In this document: positions 40,368 through 49,700 of the stretch, piece by piece
Numbering within the stretch: the stretch's first letter is position 1
How the letters are laid out: each line of letters opens with the position of its first letter
Origin: a virus
Lineage: Duplodnaviria > Caudoviricetes
Strand: one strand, 5' to 3'
Length of the DNA: 64,000 nucleotides
Virus record (IMG/VR): IMGVR_UViG_3300032007_000001
Translations under genes and position numbers: made by a program
The notes under the pieces: model-generated
Database searches by the model: none
Told to the model about the DNA's origin: nothing
The model's input: the letters and a program-made list of their open reading frames with translations, nothing else

Positions 40368-40672
40368 ATATGAAAAAAATAAAAGCAATTAATGGAATGT
40401 TGTTTAAGTATATTAAAAAAATAAATGGAGAAAGATTCGAAGTTTTAATGCACGTATATAATACATTTATTGATGTTAAATTGGCAAAAATAACTTACAA
40501 TCTAAGACCATATACTGTGTTTGTATCAAAACCTGGCATAAAAGCAATCAATAGGAAAAATAAATTTGATGATATTTTTTCTTGCGCACATGCTGATAGG
40601 CGTTATGAAAAAGAATTTAGATTGCTATATGAATGTTTTTTGGACCATTTTGAATTAACGTTTGGATTGTAA
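40337..40672 (+). CDS. GL-tail protein (paralog of next)
   Basis: ends FELTFGL; start likely ~40364-40370. Confidence 0.72.
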   Translation: MLSNEMFGVMNMKKIKAINGMLFKYIKKINGERFEVLMHVYNTFIDVKLAKITYNLRPYTVFVSKPGIKAINRKNKFDDIFSCAHADRRYEKEFRLLYECFLDHFELTFGL

Positions 40673-40993
40673 TTGGAGTTAAAAATGAAAAAAAGATTTT
40701 TTAACGGTAATATTATTTTTTATTTTATGAAAGAAATCAATGGGCAAACATTTTTAGCTACTCTTCGTGTCAATCCAATAAATAACTTCAATAGTGATTT
40801 AAGTTTAGCAATCATATATGACAATAAAAAAGATACGCATTACATGTCAAAATTATGTACAAATGAAATCAATAGAAAAAAGAAATTTAATGATTTTTTA
40901 TCGTGTGTTTATACGAATGAATTTTACGAAAATGAATTTAAGATATTGTATGAATATTTTTTGGACGATTTTGAATTGACGTTTGGATTATAA
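40673..40993 (+). CDS. GL-tail protein (paralog of previous)
   Basis: INRKKKFNDFLSC; ends FELTFGL. Confidence 0.72.
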   Translation: MELKMKKRFFNGNIIFYFMKEINGQTFLATLRVNPINNFNSDLSLAIIYDNKKDTHYMSKLCTNEINRKKKFNDFLSCVYTNEFYENEFKILYEYFLDDFELTFGL

Positions 40994-41028
40994 AAACTAT
41001 TTACATTTTTTGATTTTCGTGGTATAAT
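40992..41028 (+). promoter_or_regulatory. early-type promoter
   Basis: AAAAACTA-TTTACA-N17-TATAAT, GTGG. Confidence 0.8.
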
Positions 41029-41041
41029 TATTGCAGAAAGG

Positions 41042-41530
41042 GTGAGAGATATGAATATCATTGAAAGATACCCAAACTGTTTTGAGAAAATTGACAATGA
41101 AGTATACGTTGAATACGTTGACCCGGAAAATAACAAGTATAATTATACTGTTTCTGGAAATATGTATGAAGGCGATTTGCTGAAGAAGTATAAATTTGTT
41201 TTGAATGTTTTGTTTGCCGGTACTTTTACTGGTGTTTTTTATTCCAACAATCCAAACAAACTGCGTACAATCGCGAAAGATTTCGTAGATTTGTGTTGGG
41301 AAAAAGAAAAGGATAATGTAGATTCACATTATAATTATCCTAAAGAATTGAATTATCTGCTGATGCATGTTGGAGATGATAAGGAGTGGCTGATGTATTG
41401 TTCGCCAACAAGTGATGAGCATTCAGATATTGAAGCGTGTTATAAAGAAGGAATGTTCTCTGAAGAAGTTTATAGGATGTATGAAACGTATAAGAAATTC
41501 TTGAATGAACGTGGAATGGATGTTTTCTAA
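41042..41530 (+). CDS. hypothetical protein (paralog of the C-half of 41778)
   Basis: FYSNNPNKLRTIAKDFVDLCW. Confidence 0.75.
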   Translation: MRDMNIIERYPNCFEKIDNEVYVEYVDPENNKYNYTVSGNMYEGDLLKKYKFVLNVLFAGTFTGVFYSNNPNKLRTIAKDFVDLCWEKEKDNVDSHYNYPKELNYLLMHVGDDKEWLMYCSPTSDEHSDIEACYKEGMFSEEVYRMYETYKKFLNERGMDVF

Positions 41531-41759
41531 GGAGGAAGTAATGGATTTTCTAAAAGTAACGATTAGAGAACAAGGAATTACTAGTACAGATTTTGTAAAT
41601 GTAAGTAAAGAATCTTTGGCAAAACGTTATGTGCTTTTGCCTTTTTCTAACGTATATATTAGAAAAGAAAATATTGCCGAGACAGTGGTTCTAATTTCTA
41701 CGAATATGACAAAACGTATGTTGGAACTGATTGTTGATGATATTAAAATTGAAGGATAA
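41505..41759 (+). CDS. hypothetical protein
   Basis: internal AAGGAGG RBS suggests a start near 41541. Confidence 0.55.
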   Translation: MNVEWMFSKEEVMDFLKVTIREQGITSTDFVNVSKESLAKRYVLLPFSNVYIRKENIAETVVLISTNMTKRMLELIVDDIKIEG

Positions 41760-41777
41760 TGAAAGGAGATAATTGTT

Positions 41778-42959
41778 ATGCCGAGATATGCTATGCAAAG
41801 TGACAAGTCGATTTTGGAGGAAGCAATTCATAAATATGAGCAAGGTGTTTATGAAATTGTCGACCTTAAACAAATTGACAAAGATAGAAAAATAGATTTT
41901 GGTTGTTCCAATCTGAGCGACCCAGAAAATTGCGATTTTGGAGAAGGATTGGTTGATTACTATCAAATGAATGGCTTTTGCATAGCTCTTTGTTGTGCTG
42001 GTAGCGACGAAGAAACACCGTTGTATTTTGCTCTTTATCTTGATGATAAAAATAAGTTCCGCATGTATATTCCAACCGTTGGAAACACTTTCAATAAATT
42101 TGATAAAAACGCTTTTTGCAGTGAAGATTTTGGTTGGGCAGAACGTTACAACAATTGGGGACTTACAAACGATGATAAAATTTATGATGCAGCGGTAAAA
42201 TTTGTTGACCATATTTTTGAGACATCAAATTTGGACGCTATGTTGGCAGATATTGCTAATCGTATAACTTTGAAAGGCAATGAGACCATTCCAATTCCAG
42301 AAGAAATGATTAGAAAAGATAATGAACGTTGGAATTGGAATCCATTGCAAAAAGCCGACAGTGATTGCGAAGATGAAAACAATTTTGAAGATATTGAGGA
42401 TGGAGACGACGTAATCAAAGCATATCCGGAATTGTTTGAAGAAGTAGAAAAGAATGACGACGATGTGTATATTGAATGTGATTATTGTGATAATGAAGAT
42501 TTTGAAAAATACAAAAATTCGACTGGAAAATTGTTAAAAGATGAATTGAATAAAAAATATAAATTTAGGCTTTGCGTTGAAATGGAAGGACATTATCGCG
42601 GGAATTTCTATTCTAATAATGCAAATAAGTTGCGTACAATTGCAAAGGATTTTATAGATTTGTATTGGGATGTCAATTACGACCCTTATTATGAGGAAGA
42701 TTATGATGGCAGTTATCCATTCATTTATTGTCCTCTTGATGGTCATTTTGAACTGCCAATGGTTCTCAATTATTTGATGATGGCTTGTGGTGATGGATGT
42801 GAGTGGTTCATTAATTGCTATACAACAGAGAATGAAGACGCAGATTCTGATGAAATGTATAAGCTTGGTCTTTATCCTAAAAAAGTACACGAAATGTTTT
42901 TGGACCACAATGACCATATTGCTTGTATGGGGAAATATGAATACTTGAGGAAAAAATGA
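41778..42959 (+). CDS. two-domain acidic hypothetical protein
   Basis: 393 aa; FYSNNANKLRTIAKDFIDLYW in the C-half. Confidence 0.78.
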   Translation: MPRYAMQSDKSILEEAIHKYEQGVYEIVDLKQIDKDRKIDFGCSNLSDPENCDFGEGLVDYYQMNGFCIALCCAGSDEETPLYFALYLDDKNKFRMYIPTVGNTFNKFDKNAFCSEDFGWAERYNNWGLTNDDKIYDAAVKFVDHIFETSNLDAMLADIANRITLKGNETIPIPEEMIRKDNERWNWNPLQKADSDCEDENNFEDIEDGDDVIKAYPELFEEVEKNDDDVYIECDYCDNEDFEKYKNSTGKLLKDELNKKYKFRLCVEMEGHYRGNFYSNNANKLRTIAKDFIDLYWDVNYDPYYEEDYDGSYPFIYCPLDGHFELPMVLNYLMMACGDGCEWFINCYTTENEDADSDEMYKLGLYPKKVHEMFLDHNDHIACMGKYEYLRKK

Positions 42960-43270
42960 TTATAAAAAATTTTTCTTTTCGCAAAAAAATCAAAGTATAT
43001 TTTGATATTGCGAAAGATACAAAGATAATTTTATATGATTTTTTTGGAAACAACGTATTGTTGCTAAAAATTGAGTGTCAATATGATTATATTTTTTCAT
43101 TTGCATTAAATGAGTATGGAACAAAAACATTCAACGCAAAACTTTTTGAAACAGATTTTTTACATACATTCGGAGATGATGAACGAAATAGAGAAGCATC
43201 AGAAACACTTTCAAATATAGTTAAAAATTATTATCCAATAAAAAAATTAATTCCCAATATTGGATTATAA
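42956..43270 (+). CDS. GL-tail protein
   Basis: ends IPNIGL; terminator follows. Confidence 0.72.
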   Translation: MIIKNFSFRKKIKVYFDIAKDTKIILYDFFGNNVLLLKIECQYDYIFSFALNEYGTKTFNAKLFETDFLHTFGDDERNREASETLSNIVKNYYPIKKLIPNIGL

Positions 43271-43378
43271 AAGAGCGACTAAATAGCCACTCTTTTTTTA
43301 TTTTTAAATTAGAAAAGAAAAATATAGTTGGAACATTGACCATATCAAATAACAGATAAAAAATAAGAGGTGAAATAA

Positions 43379-43981
43379 ATGAAATTAGTATATGTAAATG
43401 ATGAACAATATAATGATTTTATAAATTCCTTAACAATAGAACAAAAATCTATGCTTAGAAATAACGAAGACAATAATGATGATTCTGATGATAGCTTGGC
43501 TATCATCAGAATCTTATCTAATAGTGAATATGACCAATATATTATTAATAGTACATGCGATGGGTCCATATCATTAAATAATCAAAATGTATGGCACCAT
43601 GACGAACCTCGCCAGGATGTTTCTATAAACACTGGACACTCCAATTATTCTCTTGGTGAGTTTGGGTCTTGTGTGTTGCTAAAAGAATTGGTACAAAACA
43701 ATATTAAAGAAAATGCATGTCTTTATAGTCAATCTAAAATAAAAGTTGATATGTTTGTGACATGGTACAGCGAAAAATATAGAACATCGCATTCTATCGA
43801 AAAGAGTATGTATGAAAACAAAACTACAAAAAATAAAAAATATTTTGTTTATCCAAATGGTGTAATAAATTATAATTCTCAAGGTTCTGCTCATGGTTGG
43901 TATGCTTTTAATATATCTTTTAATTATCGTCCTGTTTTTCAATATATAGATAATAATAAATCTAACAATATTTTTAGGTGA
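43379..43981 (+). CDS. putative C-type-lectin-like fold protein (paralog pair)
   Basis: IRILSNSEYD...FNYRPVF. Confidence 0.55.
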   Translation: MKLVYVNDEQYNDFINSLTIEQKSMLRNNEDNNDDSDDSLAIIRILSNSEYDQYIINSTCDGSISLNNQNVWHHDEPRQDVSINTGHSNYSLGEFGSCVLLKELVQNNIKENACLYSQSKIKVDMFVTWYSEKYRTSHSIEKSMYENKTTKNKKYFVYPNGVINYNSQGSAHGWYAFNISFNYRPVFQYIDNNKSNNIFR

Positions 43982-43985
43982 TAAT

Positions 43986-44675
43986 ATGTCAAAAATTATT
44001 TCTGACGAATTATATAATCAAATCTTAAATTCTAATTTAGAACAATCATTAAAAAATTCATTAATAAATCTGCAAAACAATAACAATGATATTTCTAATA
44101 ATAGTTTAATTGGTATTAGGACATTGTCTCCTGATGAATATGATAAATATATTATAAATGGAAATGCAGACTATTCTATAACAGTTCATGATAATAATGT
44201 ATATCACTATCAAGATGATTATGGAACTGGTAAATCATATATTGGTTACAGTGGTTCATATTGGGATGCAAATAATGCTACTGTAAAAAGCATGTATCAT
44301 TATCCTAATTATGTTTTGAAATATACAAATGACCAAGGTTATGTATATGATACATTTAATTGTTATCTTTCATATGAACTTGGACAAGGCAGTTCTGAAA
44401 ATAATTGTTCTATTTATAGAGGTGAACAATGTATTATCGACTGTCTTGGAGGACAAAGCGGATATTATGGTTATGTAGTTACTAGTACAAATGATATTGT
44501 AGCAATAATAGATAAAGATGTAACGCAAAAACTTGTTGATGCTAAAATAAGTTGGTTTAGAAATGCAAGGGGCGGAAGGTCTGATAGAGCATGGTTAAAT
44601 ATTTATTATAATTTTAATTTTCGTCCTATTTTTATTTTTGCAGACAATAATAAGTCTAAGAACATTTTTTATTAA
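43986..44675 (+). CDS. putative C-type-lectin-like fold protein (paralog pair)
   Basis: IRTLSPDEYD...FNFRPIF. Confidence 0.55.
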   Translation: MSKIISDELYNQILNSNLEQSLKNSLINLQNNNNDISNNSLIGIRTLSPDEYDKYIINGNADYSITVHDNNVYHYQDDYGTGKSYIGYSGSYWDANNATVKSMYHYPNYVLKYTNDQGYVYDTFNCYLSYELGQGSSENNCSIYRGEQCIIDCLGGQSGYYGYVVTSTNDIVAIIDKDVTQKLVDAKISWFRNARGGRSDRAWLNIYYNFNFRPIFIFADNNKSKNIFY

Positions 44676-44771
44676 AAAATTTTGAATAGACATTATTTTA
44701 ATGTCTATTATTTTTTTTTATCTTTTTTTATTTATTTTATTTTAAAGAAATTTTGTACTGAAGGTGTTGAA

Positions 44772-45386
44772 ATGTGGATGTTAAAAATGTTAAAGATAAT
44801 TTCAAAAACATGGAACTTGTCGTTGTTGAAAAACAAAGCAATATTAAGCGTTACGCTATTGCTGCTGGTATCGTCATTCTTTGTATCGCCATCTATTGGT
44901 TCATGCTCGGATTCCACGGAAGAAACGAGCACATTGACAATATCGATGACGGACTGGAAAAAATTACAATCGAACAACAAAGAGCAAAAGATAGCCTTGG
45001 AAAAATCCAAGAAGGAATTGGAAGAAGCGAAAGCTCAGTTGAGCGAATCGAATCAAGCGTTGATAGAAGCGAAGGAATTATTAGAGATATTGCAGATGGA
45101 CTCGAGCGAAGCTCAGGACAAATTGATGCTGTTATTGAACGAATTGAATATGCAGAAGAGCGAAATCGAGATGCTGAAGGGCGAATTGGCGAAACTTCAG
45201 ACAGAGTCGATGACGGCATTAGATGCGCTGACGAAAGCGAATCTATATTTGCAAGATATGAAAAAGGAAATTGAAGAAAACGAAAAACATTGGAAAGCTA
45301 GAGAAACACAGCTTGAACGCCAGAGAGTACTTTGGCAAATAATAGCAGTATTGGCTGTGGCTGGTGGAGTTGCAGCAGCTGCATAA
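44772..45386 (+). CDS. outer-spanin-like protein (signal/lipobox, coiled coil, C-terminal hydrophobic helix)
   Basis: AILSVTLLLLVSSFFVSPSIGSC; long heptad region; VLWQIIAVLAVAGGVAAAA. Confidence 0.65.
   Translation: MWMLKMLKIISKTWNLSLLKNKAILSVTLLLLVSSFFVSPSIGSCSDSTEETSTLTISMTDWKKLQSNNKEQKIALEKSKKELEEAKAQLSESNQALIEAKELLEILQMDSSEAQDKLMLLLNELNMQKSEIEMLKGELAKLQTESMTALDALTKANLYLQDMKKEIEENEKHWKARETQLERQRVLWQIIAVLAVAGGVAAAA
44774..45274 (+). CDS. inner-spanin-like protein embedded in an alternate frame
   Basis: TM YAIAAGIVILCIAIYWFML then coiled coil; fully nested. Confidence 0.6.
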   Translation: MDVKNVKDNFKNMELVVVEKQSNIKRYAIAAGIVILCIAIYWFMLGFHGRNEHIDNIDDGLEKITIEQQRAKDSLGKIQEGIGRSESSVERIESSVDRSEGIIRDIADGLERSSGQIDAVIERIEYAEERNRDAEGRIGETSDRVDDGIRCADESESIFARYEKGN

Positions 45387-45449
45387 TATCACTAAAACAC
45401 ATGAGAGGCCCATCAGGCCTCTTTTTATTTATGTGTTATAAAATATATA

Positions 45450-45478
45450 TTTACATATATTCGAATTTGTTATAGAAT
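45450..45478 (+). promoter_or_regulatory. promoter for the GL-protein trio
   Basis: TTTACA-N17-TAGAAT. Confidence 0.6.
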
Positions 45479-45791
45479 GTATCTGGTGATAATTATGATA
45501 TTTGCTAATGACTTACAAATAAAAATCGATTGTATTTTTAATTATAAACCAGTACAATACATTCACATATCTATAATTTTTATATACAAAAATAAACGTA
45601 CGAGAACAAGATATAGTGCAAATGCATATAACATATTTGATTGTAAATTAACTGATTTTAAGAATGTATTCAAAAACGAACAATACATTATAAATTTTAA
45701 AAAAGATGTTATAGAACAAGAAAATAGAATCAATAAAGAAATAATCAATTATTTTAAGAACAGTAATCACATGTTGTACATAGGACTGTAA
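45477..45791 (+). CDS. GL-tail protein
   Basis: ends MLYIGL; start likely 45495. Confidence 0.7.
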   Translation: MYLVIIMIFANDLQIKIDCIFNYKPVQYIHISIIFIYKNKRTRTRYSANAYNIFDCKLTDFKNVFKNEQYIINFKKDVIEQENRINKEIINYFKNSNHMLYIGL

Positions 45792-45794
45792 ATC

Positions 45795-46139
45795 ATGAAA
45801 ACATTGGAAAAGTATTGGTTTGAAAATAAAAACGTTTTTGTATCGCGATATTCTCATAATAATTTAATTTTTTCTTTTGGTCTTCATAAAAAAGAAAAAC
45901 GAGGAATTAGCATTCATTCTTCTATTAAAATGAAAATAAATAACGAATATCTTTTGATATGCGATTTACATACATTTAATGTTTTGGATGCAAATATTGA
46001 TGATTTTACAACATCGTTAACTAATAATTGTTATATTGGATTTTTTGATAGAAATGAAAATTTTTGCCAAAATCATTTTAGTGAAGCATTAAAAAGATTT
46101 TTTATAGATGTTAATCAAATTGCTATGGTGGGATTATAA
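45795..46139 (+). CDS. GL-tail protein
   Basis: ends IAMVGL. Confidence 0.72.
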   Translation: MKTLEKYWFENKNVFVSRYSHNNLIFSFGLHKKEKRGISIHSSIKMKINNEYLLICDLHTFNVLDANIDDFTTSLTNNCYIGFFDRNENFCQNHFSEALKRFFIDVNQIAMVGL

Positions 46140-46140
46140 G

Positions 46141-46392
46141 ATGTTTTATTCAAGAAAAGTACATGACTTGCATTTTTCTTTTCATATGCAAGAAGATTAT
46201 AGAGATTACTATACTTTATATGTAACATCCGAACCAGACTTAAATTTTGAAGTTACATTTGATTTTTTGACAATTCCAAAAATAGATGAAGAAGAAAAAA
46301 ATTATTTATGTAAGTACTATGGAGAACATTTTGAAATATGGGTACATGAATTTTTTAGAGATAAAATTTTCCTAACCAAATTTGGATTATAA
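46141..46392 (+). CDS. GL-tail protein
   Basis: ends LTKFGL; terminator follows. Confidence 0.72.
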   Translation: MFYSRKVHDLHFSFHMQEDYRDYYTLYVTSEPDLNFEVTFDFLTIPKIDEEEKNYLCKYYGEHFEIWVHEFFRDKIFLTKFGL

Positions 46393-46420
46393 AAAAGAGA
46401 GGCAAATGCCTCTCTTTTTT
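46393..46420. terminator. bidirectional terminator
   Basis: AAAAAGAGAGGC-AAAT-GCCTCTCTTTTT. Confidence 0.85.
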
Positions 46421-46716
46421 TATATATGTTTTACTCTGTCTCTTACTTCGGCTTTTTTTGCGTCATTAAACTTATCTAAAGTAGTAGATATGTACCCAGT
46501 AATTCTTCTAATTCTTTCTATCTTATGAGGTTGGATATATTCAATCTCTAAATCCATGCCTTTTCCATCTTCACAAAAAGAAACGATGATTGTATCTATT
46601 TCTTCTTTTTCTGATTTATTTTTTTCGGCGTATTCTACTATTTTTTCAGCTTCTTCTGTCGTTAAATCAATATCTTTTCCTTTTACAGATATTTCATTTA
46701 TTTTTATTGTTTTCAT
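46420..46716 (-). CDS. stand-alone NrdD glycyl-radical domain protein
   Basis: IERIRRITGYI...FNDAKKAEVRDRVKH; own GGAGG RBS. Confidence 0.85.
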   Translation of the reverse strand: MKTIKINEISVKGKDIDLTTEEAEKIVEYAEKNKSEKEEIDTIIVSFCEDGKGMDLEIEYIQPHKIERIRRITGYISTTLDKFNDAKKAEVRDRVKHI

Positions 46717-46729
46717 ATTTTTACCTCCA

Positions 46730-49700
46730 TTAGCAAATGCATGGCATTTTTACATGTTGATTATTAATATGGTCTTTTTGTCCGCATACTGGACATTCGT
46801 TGTCAATGATTCCATTATATCCGCAATTACTGCATCTATCAATTGGATGATTGATAGCACAATATGTGCAATCATAATCATGCATTGTTCTTACAATTTT
46901 TTCAAATGCAGATAAATTCTTAGTTGGGTCTCCATCCATTTCTACATACATAATGGCGCCAGCATTACATAATGCATGATATGGAGCTTCAATTCTAATT
47001 TTATCAATTGCTTTAATTGGATAATATACTGGAACATGGCTTGAATTTGTCATATATTCTTTATCTGTTACACCTTTTATGATTCCATAATGAGCCTGGT
47101 TGCTTCTTTGGAAACTACCAGCTGTAGATTCTGCAGGTGTAGCAAAAACAGACCAATTCAAATGTGTATCTTTAATATACTTATCAGTCATTTCTCTCAT
47201 ATGACCAATAATTTCCAATCCAAGTTTTTGAGATTCTTCTGATTCACCATGATGTTTTCCAGTTAAGAATTTTAAGCATTCTGCTAATCCACAAAAACCA
47301 ATACTTAATGAAGCATGTTTCAATATTTTTTCTATTGTGTCATTTGGTTTAAGCTTTTCACTATCCATCCAAACTCCTTGACCAAGCAAGAATGGATAAT
47401 TATAAACATGGCGTTTACCGATTAAATGATATCTCCAAAGAATTTGATTCTTTGCTAACTCCATATATTTATCAAGAAGTTTATAAAATTCCTTTATATT
47501 TTTTTGAGATTCAATAGCTAATTTTGGAAGATTAATAGTAGTGAATGAGAAATTACCGCGACTTGTAACAATTTCTGGACCGTTTACATTGCTAATCGTG
47601 CGCGTTCTGCAACCCATTGTCGCGATTTCAGTACGTGGGTCATCCGGTTTATAATATTGTAAGTTATATGGAGCATCTACATTTACAAAATTTGGGAATA
47701 AACGTTTTGCTGAAACTCTGATAGCTAATTTGAATAAATCATAATTTGGGTCTCCGGGATTATAATTTATTCCTTCTTTCATTTTGAAAACAGTAATTGG
47801 AAATATTGGAGTTTCACCTTTTCCCAATCCTTCTTCTTGCGAAAGTAAAAGTTTTTCTGTTACAAGTCTACCTTCTGGCGATGTGTCTGTTCCAAAATTC
47901 AAAGAACTAAATGGCGTTTGTGAACCGCAACGGCTATGCATAGAATTCAAATTGAAAATAACGCTTTCCATAGCTTGATACGTTTCATCTTCAATTTGTT
48001 CGCATGTATTTTCGTATACTTTATTCAAAAAATCATAAATTATTTCTTCAATTACATTGAATTTATCACTTAACTTTTTTGATAATTCTTTTAAACATTC
48101 ATTGTTAAGATATGTTGGATAATTATTTTCAGCTATTTCTAAAACTTTATCATTATCATAGTTTGTGTATTTTAAAGCAGCTTTTAAGTTTTTCTTAAAG
48201 TCTTTTTTAAATGATTTTCTAACGCCTTCCGCCATGCCATAATCAAAACAAGCAATGCTTTGGCCTCCAAATTGGTCCGTGTTATTCAATCGATATCGCT
48301 ACTATCGACCAGTTCTCTTATGAACTTCATGTGCTTTCACACATAGACTAGACTATATCATTCTCGCCATATATCTTAAAAAAGATACTTAGGTTTTGTC
48401 CCCCACTTCTCAGGCGCTTGCCCAATAAAAGCATTTCAGCTTATAGTCGTTGAGGTTTATTCTGTTCGAATCTTACCTGCTGATTTCCCAATCCTTAAAC
48501 TTTTTAAAGCATTTGCGTTTGAGCTTATTTCATCTCTCCGATTTAGCATTAAGGCTCTAAGGGCGTTCCAGCATTTCAAGGGAATGCGAGTAATATGTTT
48601 CCATATTAAACGAACAAATTTTTATTTTGGTTGCTTTGTCATTATTACCGTCATTTTCATGATATTTAATGCTCAATTAAGAGCCGGATTAGACTATCTC
48701 ATTACCCTCGTTTAACGTTAGGATTAATAGAGTCTACCTATTAATAGTAAAACTATATTTTACTGTATTGTGCACTTCGATTTAAGGGGTTTTCTCCCAC
48801 CAATATTTCAATTGGCCCTACTCCTATTGCGGAGACCAATCCGCTAAAGGATAGTCGTTACACTTTTATATTACATTAATTCAATTATATCTTTAATCAT
48901 ATATTTTTGTCTAATTTCTGGTTGTGCTATAATATTTTTTATTGTGCTTAAATGATAATTTTTATTTAGTTTTTTATTTATTGCTTTTATCATTTCTTTT
49001 CTTGTATGAATTATTGCTGACGTATTATCTGTAAAGATGATTTTTCTTGTTTTTGCTGCTGGATTTCCAGCGCCAGAATTTGTTTGTGAAACTATTTTTC
49101 TATGTTCTTCTGTCATGTGACTTCCTAATCTAGTCGGTCTATAATTAAGAACTTGGTAATTATATTTCATATTTTTCGAATGTGTTGTCCATTCTAAATT
49201 TAAGTAATGATTATTTCTTTTATTTCCGTCTAAATGATTAACTTCTAATTTTTCATTATCTTTTTTACAAAAAGTTTCAGCAACAATTCTATGTACCAAA
49301 TATACATTACAACATACATAACCAGAGTTATTTATTCTGAAAGATAATTTTCTTTTGTTTTTATAATCGTAAACAAATGTTCCTTCTTTATTTACAAAAA
49401 GCATTTTGTATTTTTTTGAATTATGTAATATACTTAGCACGGTATTACCAGCTATCCATTTCTGGACCTTAGGTTCTCTTACGAAGCTCATTGGTTATTA
49501 ACTCCTACCGTTAGCATGAGAAAATTTCTCACACACCCCATATTGGGTTCACACAATTTTTTCTGAACATGTTTCCATGTTAGGCCACACATTTGTTTAT
49601 GGCAATACACGCGAGCGCTGCATAAGAACGAATTGATTGTGGTTCTCTTATCCAACCGTTGCCAGTAGAAAATCCTCCATGAAATAATTTAAGAATATCT

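Noticed and set aside
38341-46392. GGATTATAA at gene ends as an integron-like recombination site
   Set aside because: Synonymous variation (GGT/GGC/GGA/GGG; TTA/TTG/CTG/CTA/CTT) and the lack of inverted-repeat attC structure or an integrase favour a protein motif.
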